This document shows positions 17,394 through 27,710 of a stretch of 64,000 nucleotides of DNA, piece after piece. The stretch is from a virus. How positions within the stretch are numbered: position 1 is the stretch's first letter; each line of letters starts with the position of its first letter. Below the pieces are notes generated by a model. It searched no databases. It saw only the letters and a list, made by a program, of their open reading frames with translations, and had not been told where the DNA came from. The stretch spans positions 32,001 through 96,000 of the IMG/VR virus record IMGVR_UViG_3300007177_000055. One strand, written 5' to 3'. A program made the translations under genes and the position numbers.

Positions 17394-17658
17394 CCACGCT
17401 GCTCGGTTATTAGAGAATGAAAGAAAAGGCGGCGAACTAGAGCCCGCCGAAAAACAATTTGTAATTTACGCCACCCAAGAAGCTGACGCAGCTACGCTTG
17501 AATACCAACAAGCCAAATCTGTGTTCGAAAAAACAGCTGAGAACTATCGAACAAAAGTAACTGTTATTCAGGGCTTTTTAAAGTATTTAGCAAAAAAGTA
17601 CAACCTGAGTGAAAGAGAAGACATTGACGTACAAGGTAACATTATCACTCGCAGCTAG
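17386..17658 (+). CDS. hypothetical protein
   Basis: ORF coupled between recA and the polymerase gene. Confidence 0.65.
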   Translation: MSDHAARLLENERKGGELEPAEKQFVIYATQEADAATLEYQQAKSVFEKTAENYRTKVTVIQGFLKYLAKKYNLSEREDIDVQGNIITRS

Positions 17659-19010
17659 TGAACTTCTTTTACTGCAATACCCTAGAAAGCTATAACCAAG
17701 GTCTAAGCAGACTAAGTAAAGAACCGCTAGCGTTAGATACAGAAACTATGGTTAGGCCTCAGTATGAAGGTAAAGGTGGTAGTGCCCTAGACCCTCATAC
17801 AGGTCGTATTTCTCTAATCATAGTTCAACACTTAAACCAAAATCCGATCATATTTGATCTGCTTTGTTTAGAAGCTTTAGGTTACAACTCTACTTTACTA
17901 GTTGAAGCTTTAGACGCAGCTGAATACTTGTTGGGAGCTAACATCAAGTTTGATGCCAAACAGTTACGAGGGACTTTAGGCTACACACCTAAAAAACTAA
18001 GAGACGTGATGTTGCTGGCTAAGTTGATCAGTAATGCTACTGGTTCTAAAGCCGGTAAAGCTGTTGGACATTCTTTAGGTGATCTTACCAGAGAGTACTT
18101 AAATATACATCTAACCGGTAAAGGCACTCTACAGAAGTCTACCTGGGGCACTGGCATAGAATCTCGCACGTTAGACAATGAGTGGTGGGTTAGTAAATTA
18201 GCCTATGCAGCTAGCGACGTAGCGTATTTATTCTCGTTGCAAGCTAAAATGCTGCCCGTGCTGGAAACACCTTTGCCAGACTCTCCTCTAACACAAACGG
18301 GTAATGAGGGTACTTGGGGTTTTGGTATGTCAGTACCTGTTAACCGTGAGTTTAGGTTAATACCAGTCACAGCTGAAATGGAGTACAACGGCTTGCCTGT
18401 ATCTGCCACTTTTATGGCCAGCTTTCAAGAAGCTGTTCGGGATTCTTTAGACAGCCTAGGAGTATACCTTTGCAAAGAACTAAAGCTAGACACTCCACAA
18501 AAGGACTGGTCTGGCAAAGAAGTTCCGTCACTCAAAGCTCTTAAAATCTTAAGGTCAGCGACTGGACTACTAGACCTAATACGTAAAGCCTTAGATTTCA
18601 AAAAAATAGACAACGTTCAAGCTAGTGTGCTACAACGAATGGTTTTCATTCTGGACGCACTTGCTGCTTCTAAAGTAGAAGACCCAGACGCCCCTACTAG
18701 CGGCGAGTTGTTCATTAACGAAGACGAAGAATCACTATACTCTGAGTTGACAGAACTAGAACACTGTCAACTAGTAGCAGCCTCACCTTTAGTTCAAGCT
18801 ATCTTGGATTTTAAGCGCTTAACCAAACAAGATGGGATGGACTTGCGTAAGTATGTAAACCCAGCTACAGGTCGTATACACCCTTCCTATAGTCAAATAG
18901 GTGCTGCTACTGGTAGGTATGCTTCTTCCGGACCTAACGCTCAGCAAATTTCCAACAAAACCAAGGTACTACTAGATGGGTTCCAAACCCTTGGGCTGGC
19001 CGCTACGTAA
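17658..19010 (+). CDS. polA: family A DNA polymerase, N-terminal part (3'-5' exonuclease and thumb)
   Basis: ExoI ALDTET, ExoII NIKFD, ExoIII YAASDV, EMEYNG, GRIHPSYSQIGAATGRYASSGPNAQQI; stops before motif A. Confidence 0.92.
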   Translation: MNFFYCNTLESYNQGLSRLSKEPLALDTETMVRPQYEGKGGSALDPHTGRISLIIVQHLNQNPIIFDLLCLEALGYNSTLLVEALDAAEYLLGANIKFDAKQLRGTLGYTPKKLRDVMLLAKLISNATGSKAGKAVGHSLGDLTREYLNIHLTGKGTLQKSTWGTGIESRTLDNEWWVSKLAYAASDVAYLFSLQAKMLPVLETPLPDSPLTQTGNEGTWGFGMSVPVNREFRLIPVTAEMEYNGLPVSATFMASFQEAVRDSLDSLGVYLCKELKLDTPQKDWSGKEVPSLKALKILRSATGLLDLIRKALDFKKIDNVQASVLQRMVFILDALAASKVEDPDAPTSGELFINEDEESLYSELTELEHCQLVAASPLVQAILDFKRLTKQDGMDLRKYVNPATGRIHPSYSQIGAATGRYASSGPNAQQISNKTKVLLDGFQTLGLAAT

Positions 19011-19338
19011 GCGACCGGTCGGCTTTGAAGACAACTTAGTGTTGAAAGAACTGCTTTTATTAGGAGCTTTTCGACAACGCAACACTATAGCTTGGCCTGC
19101 TGATACAGGACTAACAGAATCTGAAACTAAAGTTCTGCTGAAATCGCTGCGCCGAAAAAATCTTATTCGCGGTCGGGCACCTTACACACTAACTACTAAA
19201 GGTAAAAAGATAGTAGCAGACTATTACCAACACCTATTAGCTAAATATGAGTCAAGTGCTAACGCCGCCCAGCCAATTTCTGGGAACACCGAGACAAGCG
19301 TTTGTAGTAGCATCGAAGAAAGTATGGATCTCGGTTGA
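18976..19338 (+). CDS. small winged-helix-like protein between the two polymerase halves
   Basis: GLTESETKVLLKSLRRKNLI...YTLTTKGKK wHTH-like pattern; true start uncertain. Confidence 0.55.
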   Translation: MGSKPLGWPLRKRPVGFEDNLVLKELLLLGAFRQRNTIAWPADTGLTESETKVLLKSLRRKNLIRGRAPYTLTTKGKKIVADYYQHLLAKYESSANAAQPISGNTETSVCSSIEESMDLG

Positions 19339-21749
19339 CTTCTCAGGTCAAGAACTAATGGTAGCCACAGCTTGGTCAAAAGACCCAGCTATGGTAAGAG
19401 CATTTACAGAACCAGAAGAATTAACCTTACCTGATGGTAAACGTTACAAAAACCCTTACGCTGACCTACACACTTTAACAGCAGTAAAGTGTTGTGCCCC
19501 TAAACTTTTTGTAGACGTACCTGAATTCGAGTGGGTGCAGCGTTCTAAAGAAAACGGCTCTAGACAAAAAGGAAAAATCACAAATTTCGGTTAAGTTATA
19601 ATAGCCGAAGTAAAACCCGCTCAATTGCTGGGAACCTCATGTAGGCAATCAGCAGCCAGACTTATAGGAAACTTTAAGCAATGGTTCAACGACTGAAGAT
19701 AACCTAAGTCCCTAGGGATACGGTGACTCTGAGACCTAGCTGTGCTAGGTAACACGGCGGGAGCTTTCTTAAGACAAATGACACCCAGATCTTGTTTAAA
19801 TTGCGGCATTTTACATACTAGGCACCACAATGCGCTGTATTGTGTGGAGTGTTCACTAGCAATCAAAGTAGCTAGCAGGGTAAAACCAAAAGTTTTAACA
19901 AAAACCTGCCAGAACTGCGGCTCTTTATTTGAACCTTCTAGCAAACCAGCCGCTAAATACTGCTTAGAGTGTGCTCCTTCCAAAAGAAAGGAAACCCAAA
20001 GGAGGTCAGTAGACCTAAACAGGATCAGAAATGGAGTAAAAGTAGGTGTGGGGTCTGGTAACAACCAAGGGTCAGGTCCTGAGCATCACTCTTACAAAAG
20101 TGGCATTGGAACTTACCAAAAAATTGGTAGAGAACTACTAGGAAACAGTTGTGAAAGATGTGGCTGTAAGATTGACAAAAGCAAGTCTTTCAGTTAGTGT
20201 ACTCATCATCGAGATCACAATCGTCTTAACAACAACATTTCCAACTTAGAACTTCTGTGTAAGAAGTGTCACCAACATCATCATTTGTCAAAAGATAGTT
20301 AAGGTATAGTCTGGGCCCGTGGCAACACGGGAATTGTCGATTTTATACTTACAGACCGCAGAATCCTTATCCTTACTTAATCACGTTAAACTAGAAGAAA
20401 CTGAACAGTGGGTATCCGGGCATAAAACTACCTACGCAGGGTACCACCATTGGGCTGAAGAATACGGAGCCATAGCTGCTAGCAGAGGCTTTGCTGTTAG
20501 TCCAGTGTCTAAAGCTATCCGTTGGGTAGACGAGGAAAACTCCAAAGGTGGCGGAGAATCACCAGCTCGCGCTGCAGTTAACTATGCTATCCAAGGGGAA
20601 TCCAGTCAAATAACTAAAGAATGTTTGATTAGATTGTATGAAACTTTATCACCAGAAATAAAAATACTAAATACAGTCCACGATAGATTTTGTCGTGGTT
20701 AAATAACCTTAATTGCTGGAAACTCCTTAGAGCTTAACTCACCACAACGTAGTCGGTAACGGCAAGCGTGACGGTTCAAAAAGAGTTATGATTGGACAAT
20801 CAGCAGCCAAGGGTCTAGTGAACTTGCTTTTAACAGCGCTAATAGGAGACGGAACAATTCAACACCAAGCAAATAAACAGAAATCTTCTGTAGTTTTTAT
20901 GGGAACAGACGAAAGTTGGATCAGATTCAAAAGTCAAGTAATTGACCGAGAATCGCATCTGAGAGTTCGTCCCCAGAGTAAAAGAGCTTGGGGTAAAAGA
21001 ACCTATCTATGTTGTCCAAACAGAGTTTAAGGCAGAATATACAAGTCTGCGAGATCTCTCTTTTAAAGAAGTCCTTGATAAATTAGACGAAGAGGACCTA
21101 ATTGTTTGGTACTTAGATGACGGATCGTTTCATCAACGTAAGCGCTTTATGCACTTGTATTCTAATAAACTATCAGAAAGCGACTCGTTGCTACTGATAG
21201 AAAAGTTTACAAACCTTTACGGTATAGCTCCAAAATTGAGGGTTGATAAGAAAAAGGACGGACGTCAGTTTTTCTATCTTTGCTTAAATGTCGAGTTATC
21301 TAAAAAGTTTCGTGCGGCAGTTGAAAAGTTTGGGGTAAAACATAAACTTTTCAACTTGTACTACAAAGCAGGCCTAGATCAAGGTTCATCGACTATCGCG
21401 GAAGCGAGTAGGACTCAAGAGAGTTCGAAACGGGTTACTAGTGAAAACTAGAAGATATAGTCAGAACATTTTGCGAAAGCAAAAGAAGCTTTACGGAATC
21501 GGTAAGGCTGCAACGCCATCGGAAATCAACTTTGAGGCCCCAGGCCGGTGTTGGCTGGACTTAGAACGCTCTAAGTTTGAAGACAACTTAATAGTAAACC
21601 CCGTTTTTGCTTACGACGAACAAGCTCTAGCTACAGCAGAACTAATAAAACAAATAATGGTAGACACAGAAACTGAGTTCTTTGCTGCCGCCGGTTCACC
21701 TATTATCGGCCGAGCTGAATACGCCATTGCTCCCTATTGGAAACACTAA
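19247..21749 (+). CDS. polA: family A DNA polymerase, C-terminal part; exons 19247-19591, 20340-20684, 21522-21749 (305 aa spliced)
   Basis: Motif A DFSGQE, DLHT; splicing restores motif B RQKGKITNFG|ILY and motif C TVHD|EINFE; AAVNYAIQG in the middle exon. Confidence 0.92.
19592..20339 (+). ncRNA. group I intron 1 in polA (motif B)
   Basis: P1 TTCGGT/GCCGAA with U.G at the splice site; P AATTGCTGGGAA 19623, Q AATCAGCAG 19647, R GTTCAACGACTG 19684, S AAGGTATAGTCT 20301, P9 with GCAA loop, terminal G 20339. Confidence 0.93.
19742..20302 (+). pseudogene. intron-encoded Zn-finger/HNH homing endonuclease with in-frame TAG at 20195-20197
   Basis: CxxC repeats, then after the TAG the same frame reads CTHHRDHNRLNNNISNLELLCKKCH (HNH core) to TAA 20300-20302. 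Confidence 0.85.
20685..21521 (+). ncRNA. group I intron 2 in polA (motif C)
   Basis: P1 CCACGAT/GTCGTGG with U.G; P AATTGCTGGAAA 20711, Q AATCAGCAG 20798, R GTTCATCGACTA 21384, S AAGATATAGTCA 21452, terminal G 21521. Confidence 0.93.
20788..21451 (+). pseudogene. intron-encoded LAGLIDADG homing endonuclease, frameshifted near 20995-20998
   Basis: Motif 1 LLTALIGDG; removing one A gives WGKEPIYVVQTE...LIVWYLDDGS (motif 2), continuous with ORF 21149-21451. Confidence 0.85.
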
Positions 21750-22096
21750 TGACAGTTCAACTTGAATTCAAAGCAGTCACTACAGTAACCGTAGATGTAA
21801 CCGGTCCGACTTACTCTTTAATCACCTTACAAAAGACCCGAACTAGCACGGTTCGACAGTTCCGTCGCTGGGACGGTAAGCAGCTACTACTACTAGAAAA
21901 AAAGCTAGGCCCAAAAAACCGACTAGAAATTACACTACGAATAGAACCATACTTACCCAAGTCAGTTAAAACACAAGAAGATTCCGAAAAGATCCTAGGT
22001 AAAGGAGAGTTTGCATTAACTGAAAGTGAGTTCTACCAAGAACTAAAAGCAGCCACCGCGCCTTTCCTTTACCCAGAACCTCCACAAAACAACTAA
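21737..22096 (+). CDS. hypothetical protein
   Basis: ORF only; start may be ATG 21749. Confidence 0.6.
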   Translation: METLMTVQLEFKAVTTVTVDVTGPTYSLITLQKTRTSTVRQFRRWDGKQLLLLEKKLGPKNRLEITLRIEPYLPKSVKTQEDSEKILGKGEFALTESEFYQELKAATAPFLYPEPPQNN

Positions 22097-22343
22097 ACAA
22101 AGCACAACTTTTAAAACCAATGAACAATAAATTTTGGGCAGCTGCAGCCAGCGATTGGGTTTATTACCACCCTCCTATTAGACCATCAAAAAAGTCTTAG
22201 CTGCTTATCAAGAAATTCTAAATACATTAGCTACTACTAAACAAAGCCAGACCAATCTTGTTCGTATTTTAGTCGTGACAGCATATTAGTCTTCCAAAAA
22301 GACAAAGAAAAGTACTACCAAAACACACAAACCGCCGCCGTAA

Positions 22344-23681
22344 ATGAGCACTACTAGGATAGACCTAGCCCAAGCTACAGACTTAACTGAAGCTACTAGG
22401 TGGGTATATGACCCTGACAAAGAACTTTCAGCCGGAGCTGCTTTAAGACACGTACACTTAGAGCAGATTTCTAATGAAAAACTGGGATTAACAGCCTATG
22501 CTACCGGTCAAGTCTGGTTGCACCGTATAGCCCCAGCTTCAGGTGTCATAGGCACCACCTACTTATACGACGGTGAAGACTTAATTTCCCGCGTGGCTAA
22601 GCAAGAGATTTGGCGCAAGTCTTCCTTAAGGGTAAGTCAAAACCGCAACGGGTCGCTAAAACTAGAGTGTGTTCAGCGCATCGAAAGCGATGGTAGCGTA
22701 GTTTCAGCGGGAAACATCAACTTAGGTACGTACAACGGTGACTTAGCTGACTTTGCAATACCCAGTGACGAAAACTACGTACTAGTAGCTACGCTAGACC
22801 TAGGATACGACTTTAAGACTTTAGCTCGCATAGCTGCAGACTACTCTGGTTTGCGAGGTGACACATCTAATAGAGCAGTGTGGGTGTGCTTAGAAAACCA
22901 AACGTTTCGTTTAAGTGTAACTGAGCGAGCCTCAGATCGCGGTATAGGCTTACTAACTCAAACCTTACAGGCCTCAGTCTTACACCCTTTGAGGTTAGCC
23001 TTCCAGGGTAGACACTTAAGCCGCATAGCTGACGTAATAGAAGAAAACCCAACCTTAACAATACACCTTGATTCTTTAGAACAACCTACTAGAGTTCGTT
23101 TTAGCGGCTTTGGTGGTTGGGTAGATTTACCAATAATACCTGATTATCACTGCCGAGCTTTGTCCCAAGGCGCTATGGGTGTGTTTTTAGGAGAAAACTA
23201 CGTACGAACAGAATCTCAACCAGTGTTATTTAACGTAGAAGAACTAGAAGACGGCGTGGCTATTCAAGCTCCTCAGAAAAAAGCTACTCGTAATGACGTA
23301 GTGCTAGAAATAGAAAACCAAAAGCTACTGATTTCCAAAAGATCCGACATCCGCCGATCTGAGCTTTCATCCATTCCACTACACGAAGCTACTGAACAAG
23401 ACTGGGTTGACATAGTCGTAGATCATACTTACTTAACAGACGGAATCACTGCGTTAGATAGTTTCCTGAAAGCAGCTAATAAAAGAGCTGCTGCAAACAG
23501 CTTCGCAGATGAAAGTGCTACACCAAGCGTAAAGTTAGTGTCTCTAACTCAATCTGTGTGCGCTGCCAGCAGCATCCACTTACTACTACTAAAACCAGCC
23601 TTACCAGACGAGTACGAATGTCAAGTAGCCTTAGTAGTCAACACCAAAGCTCAAACCAATGACTACAACGAAGCAGACTAA
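22344..23681 (+). CDS. divergent DNA sliding clamp (DnaN/beta-like)
   Basis: Three repeated alpha/beta units (ALRHVHLE..LGLTA; VWVCLE..FRLSVTE; VVLEIE.QKLLIS) and IVVDHTYLTDGI resembling the beta-clamp 'FN..YL.D.L' segment; DnaX-like gene nearby. Confidence 0.6.
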   Translation: MSTTRIDLAQATDLTEATRWVYDPDKELSAGAALRHVHLEQISNEKLGLTAYATGQVWLHRIAPASGVIGTTYLYDGEDLISRVAKQEIWRKSSLRVSQNRNGSLKLECVQRIESDGSVVSAGNINLGTYNGDLADFAIPSDENYVLVATLDLGYDFKTLARIAADYSGLRGDTSNRAVWVCLENQTFRLSVTERASDRGIGLLTQTLQASVLHPLRLAFQGRHLSRIADVIEENPTLTIHLDSLEQPTRVRFSGFGGWVDLPIIPDYHCRALSQGAMGVFLGENYVRTESQPVLFNVEELEDGVAIQAPQKKATRNDVVLEIENQKLLISKRSDIRRSELSSIPLHEATEQDWVDIVVDHTYLTDGITALDSFLKAANKRAAANSFADESATPSVKLVSLTQSVCAASSIHLLLLKPALPDEYECQVALVVNTKAQTNDYNEAD

Positions 23682-24036
23682 AGAACTAACAGCTTACACT
23701 TGCCAGTATCCTTCAGTATTAAGTTGGTGTAAACGACTTTGGGTTCTCCAAACAGGAGATTTACTAGTTAGATCCGGTGTAGTCTACCAAGTATCTCAGG
23801 TTATCCGTTCACAAATTCCTGGGGCTAAACCCAGAATAGCTTTAGTAAAGTATGCAGAACCCTTACACCAATCCCAGTCCACTAATACAACAAAACCCAG
23901 ATTGCCAGTCATGCAGTCTAGGGAAAACCAGAGCTTACCGAAACACTCAGCTAAAACCGGGACAACCCCTAAAACAGTGCATACCTGGGGCAGGACCGAG
24001 GGACTTGAAATCAGTAAAACTGATCCTACTTTCTGA
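23659..24036 (+). CDS. hypothetical protein overlapping UDG
   Basis: ORF; its 3' 185 nt overlap the UDG gene in another frame. Confidence 0.45.
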   Translation: MTTTKQTKELTAYTCQYPSVLSWCKRLWVLQTGDLLVRSGVVYQVSQVIRSQIPGAKPRIALVKYAEPLHQSQSTNTTKPRLPVMQSRENQSLPKHSAKTGTTPKTVHTWGRTEGLEISKTDPTF

Positions 24037-24640
24037 CTATCCTGGTCACTATGAAGAAACTTACGGTTGGCCCCAAGTAGACATCAACGCTATCAAAGGC
24101 GAGCACAAAAATGGCTTGTTGTTACCTAGAAACTCTGGGGCCTTTATACGGTTGATGTTAGAAAAACTTCTAGGCCTAGATTCTTACCGAGAAGTTTGGA
24201 TAACTAACGCTGTAAAATGCAACCCTTCACAAGCCAAAGTTATTGAGTCTACGCACCTTAAGCCTTGCGTTAGACAATGGCTGGGACCAGAATTACTGGT
24301 CTTAGACCAAGAGTGCCCGCAAGTGCCCTTACTAGTAGCTGGGTTACAAGCGTTTAGGGCTGTTAAGATGCTGTATCGAACAGAAGCTCCTCAATTAGAA
24401 GCTTTGGGTTTTAACGGTTGCCGGCGCCGAAGCGACTTAACGCTAAACGGCCGGCCGGTAGTATTTGCGCCTAACCCAGCTAGACCAGCTAGATCAGAAG
24501 CTCGATTGGAATCTTCTGTAGTGTTTAGTAAAGGAAAATGGATGGTAAGCGAAAATTATTGGCTGTACCCACCTCCTATAGGTTCTCCTGTACATAGCTT
24601 TATCGAAGACCTTAAATTTCTAGCCCCTCACCTAAAATGA
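23852..24640 (+). CDS. uracil-DNA glycosylase family 4-like (Fe-S)
   Basis: CQSCSL...PGAG...YPGHYE...WITNAVKCNP...C...WL..EL. Confidence 0.85.
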   Translation: MQNPYTNPSPLIQQNPDCQSCSLGKTRAYRNTQLKPGQPLKQCIPGAGPRDLKSVKLILLSDYPGHYEETYGWPQVDINAIKGEHKNGLLLPRNSGAFIRLMLEKLLGLDSYREVWITNAVKCNPSQAKVIESTHLKPCVRQWLGPELLVLDQECPQVPLLVAGLQAFRAVKMLYRTEAPQLEALGFNGCRRRSDLTLNGRPVVFAPNPARPARSEARLESSVVFSKGKWMVSENYWLYPPPIGSPVHSFIEDLKFLAPHLK

Positions 24641-26328
24641 CCGAAACCCTAGTTTTTGAATCTTACGAGGATTTAGAAGACTTTGAACCAATAGAACCTA
24701 AACTGTTATCCGAAAAGGTTTCTGGTTACCCTCAATTCTTAGCTAGGGCATCTAAAGCTTATGCTGCTTACCTCTCTGGATTCAACGGAGCAGAATATCG
24801 CCCTTACCAACCGGAATACGCTGCTTTGATGGCTTTACGTAGATGTAATGTCATGGGGTATTCAATGGGCGTAGGTAAAACCAGCATTACCCTACTTACG
24901 ATACAAACCCTTTACGAAGGTTTAGCTCGGCACCAGTCACCTTACCGGCCAGGTTTAGTCCATATCTGTGTACCTTCTTTGCTAGCTGCCGGTAGATGGA
25001 TCGAAGAGCTCAACCGTATGCCTGCTTTAAAAGACAAGTACCGATTAGTAACCCAAGAAAAAGATTTACACCAACCATTCACAGCTGAAATTTTGATTTA
25101 TACACACGACTTTCCTAAAAGAAAGTGCCATCGGTTGTCAGCCCGTACTGAAAGCCGCAACAGTATAGCTCATTACCTAGGTAAACACTTCCAGCCAGCC
25201 TTCTTAATCATTGACGAAGTCCATGGCCTTAAAGCAAACTCCAATCGTACTGAGGCGCTAGCTTACTTAAGAGGTCGGGCCCGTCGTGTACTAGTGCTGT
25301 CTGGTACTTTGTCAGACGGTAATTTAGCGCAAATACACTCGTTATGTAAGTTTGTCTATCGTCATCACTGGCCTTACCGTACAGCTCAAGCCTTCTCGGC
25401 GTTGTTTGGTCAAAAACAACGGTTAGATACCAATTACTTATACGGGTCAGCCAGACACACAGAAGTCCCCGAAAAGTACTTGCAAAAGCTAGACCCTAAC
25501 AAGCTAGGGGCTTACTACGCTTTAATGCGACAATTCGTACACCGAGTAAAACTCAACGAGCCTCAAGTAGCTCAATACTTAACTGTACCTGAGCAAGAAG
25601 TACAACTACACGAAATAGAGCCTACTGCATGTCAAAAAGAAGCTATAGCTAACTTCATCACTCAACATCGAACAGCTCTTGCTGCAGCTGCTCGTTCAGT
25701 AACTACAAACCAAAACGCAGCTGCTTTACAGTTGATACACCCACTAATCGAACTAGCTAACTTTCCTGCCGTGGCGAGTAACAAACCAGGAAAGTTGCTA
25801 GAAATAATTAACTCAGCTACCGGTAAGGTAGTAGTGTTTTGCAGCTATGTAGGTTCAGCCCGTTACGTGCACGAATTCTTAATAACTAAACTAGGAGCCG
25901 CTGCAGTAGTAAGGCTATATGCTTCTGATCCTGAGGCCACACCTGTTACTTTAGATGCTACTGCTAGACAAGAAATAGTAAACTCCTTTCGTCACAATAA
26001 AGAAGTGCGTGTAGCGATTTTGTCAATAAACTTAGCTTCTGAGGCCATAGAATTTCCTGAAGCCTCAGACACTGTGTTTTATTGCATGCCCTGGTCCAGT
26101 CTTAAACTGGAACAAGCTGTACACAGAGTCGTAAGGCCGGGAAACCGAAATGCTAAAGTGGGCACTCACTACTTATTTCAGTCTTCTATGATTGATCAGC
26201 ATCAAGTAGCTTTAGCTATAGCTAAGATTCGAGCCAGCCGTTTGCTCTTAGACTACGAACTAGACAGTTCAGTAGAAGAAGCAGACTTAAGCCCAGCCGA
26301 AGCTATTCGCCAACTACTTGCAGGTTAA
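24637..26328 (+). CDS. SNF2-like SF2 helicase
   Basis: YRPYQ, MGVGKT, IIDEVH, LSGT, KVVVFC, EQAVHRVVRPG. Confidence 0.9.
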   Translation: MTETLVFESYEDLEDFEPIEPKLLSEKVSGYPQFLARASKAYAAYLSGFNGAEYRPYQPEYAALMALRRCNVMGYSMGVGKTSITLLTIQTLYEGLARHQSPYRPGLVHICVPSLLAAGRWIEELNRMPALKDKYRLVTQEKDLHQPFTAEILIYTHDFPKRKCHRLSARTESRNSIAHYLGKHFQPAFLIIDEVHGLKANSNRTEALAYLRGRARRVLVLSGTLSDGNLAQIHSLCKFVYRHHWPYRTAQAFSALFGQKQRLDTNYLYGSARHTEVPEKYLQKLDPNKLGAYYALMRQFVHRVKLNEPQVAQYLTVPEQEVQLHEIEPTACQKEAIANFITQHRTALAAAARSVTTNQNAAALQLIHPLIELANFPAVASNKPGKLLEIINSATGKVVVFCSYVGSARYVHEFLITKLGAAAVVRLYASDPEATPVTLDATARQEIVNSFRHNKEVRVAILSINLASEAIEFPEASDTVFYCMPWSSLKLEQAVHRVVRPGNRNAKVGTHYLFQSSMIDQHQVALAIAKIRASRLLLDYELDSSVEEADLSPAEAIRQLLAG

Positions 26329-26330
26329 CT

Positions 26331-26603
26331 ATGCACCCAGAAGAAGCTTTAGCTCAAGTAAGATTTTTTGAACAACACAGACCTTATTTAGAACTTTATA
26401 ACGAACTATACATAAGAATGCTTAGCCTTGAAGAGCAGTACAAAGCGGCTCTAAGGCTACTAAGTTCAGCAGAAGACCGTAGCGACTTAGAATCTGTAGT
26501 AGGACTGCTTGCCAAAGCGGATAAGAAGTCTAAGTTAATGGCCCAACTACTAGTACAAGAAATCCATTCTGAATCCGATCCCATTCCCAACGACCGTTTT
26601 TAA
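26331..26603 (+). CDS. hypothetical protein
   Basis: ORF in operon. Confidence 0.6.
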   Translation: MHPEEALAQVRFFEQHRPYLELYNELYIRMLSLEEQYKAALRLLSSAEDRSDLESVVGLLAKADKKSKLMAQLLVQEIHSESDPIPNDRF

Positions 26604-27710
26604 ATGCGCAACTTTGCATACGCCTCAAACCCTAAAGTTTGGGGCGATTACTTTGGGCATGTTGAAGTTACCAACCTCTGTAAAAAATACGTAATAAACG
26701 GAGCGAGGTCTTTACCCCGCTCTCTTTTTGTTTCTGGGCCCTCTGGTGTGGGCAAAACAGCTTTAATACGCTTATTGATCCGATCGTTTAGGTGTCAAAA
26801 TCGTCCTGCTGACGACCCCAACCCGTGTGGTACCTGCCCTGCTTGCTTAGACTCAGACGAACGTTTAGGTGACAAAACCTTTACCGACGTATATTGGAAT
26901 CAACCGGGTGGAGGTGAAGACGAAACTCTGTATTCCCAAGTCAAGACCTCTTTAGCTTCAGCTGCCAGAGGTCAAGTGCGTACTAATCGCCCGGAAACAG
27001 ATGTTAAATGGGTAGTTTTCGACGAATGGCAAGCTTTTCCCAGCAACATTCAATCTGAGGTTCTATTACGTACTGAACTAGAAGTTCCAGGCAATAACGT
27101 TTGCTACGTCTTTTTGACTATGCAAGAAGACCGACTAAGCGAACAAAACAAAATAGCTTTGATGCGTCGAGGTTCTTTTTTCCGGTTGTTGCCGTTTAGT
27201 AATGGTGACATGCAACGCTTTATAGCTGAACGTTGGCCAAAAGTCAGCCCTGAAGTAAGAGCAATGATAGCCAATCGTTCTCGCGGGTCAACTGGTTTAG
27301 CAGTAGCTTATTACGATAACATCTGTCAAATCGACTCAGACCTAAATATAGACGTAGCCTCCTACGTACTAGGCCAAGCTCGCAACGACCACCGCTGGGC
27401 TTTGTGGCAAGCGTTAAACACTAGACAACGCATTACTACACTACAAGAAAGCCTAGAATTCTTGCAAACTAAAGTGGAACCGCTAGAGTTATCCAGACAG
27501 TTGCACCAAGACCTACTGCGAGCTATGGACCTAAACGGTGTACCTACTGCAGATCAACTTTACGCTTCGGAGATGCTGCTGCAGTACCAAGCACACTACC
27601 ACAACACTTCTTTAATTACCTACTTGATAGCTTTGATGGGTATGAATTTAGTAACAGAAGCCGCTGTACTTGCTACCTCGGGGGTTTCTTTTGGATATAC
27701 CTCGGTCTAA
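26604..27710 (+). CDS. dnaX: clamp loader AAA+ subunit (DnaX gamma/tau-like)
   Basis: YFGH, SGPSGVGKT, Zn module C...PCGTCPAC, Walker B VVFDE. Confidence 0.85.
   Translation: MRNFAYASNPKVWGDYFGHVEVTNLCKKYVINGARSLPRSLFVSGPSGVGKTALIRLLIRSFRCQNRPADDPNPCGTCPACLDSDERLGDKTFTDVYWNQPGGGEDETLYSQVKTSLASAARGQVRTNRPETDVKWVVFDEWQAFPSNIQSEVLLRTELEVPGNNVCYVFLTMQEDRLSEQNKIALMRRGSFFRLLPFSNGDMQRFIAERWPKVSPEVRAMIANRSRGSTGLAVAYYDNICQIDSDLNIDVASYVLGQARNDHRWALWQALNTRQRITTLQESLEFLQTKVEPLELSRQLHQDLLRAMDLNGVPTADQLYASEMLLQYQAHYHNTSLITYLIALMGMNLVTEAAVLATSGVSFGYTSV

Noticed and set aside
19011-19246. A third group I intron or split intein at the PolA break
   Set aside because: No P/Q/R/S elements, no convincing P1 and no intein terminal motifs on either half
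20195-20197. In-frame TAG as a sign of genome-wide amber reassignment
   Set aside because: Long genes are fully open in the standard code, several genes end in TAG at sensible places, and no suppressor tRNA is in view
20319-20702. ORF-track entries 20319-20702 and 21441-21749 as independent genes
   Set aside because: They are polA exons whose apparent N-termini are intron sequence
22120-22330. Small ORF between 21737-22096 and the clamp-like gene
   Set aside because: It stops after 26 codons and a frameshifted continuation has no recognisable motif
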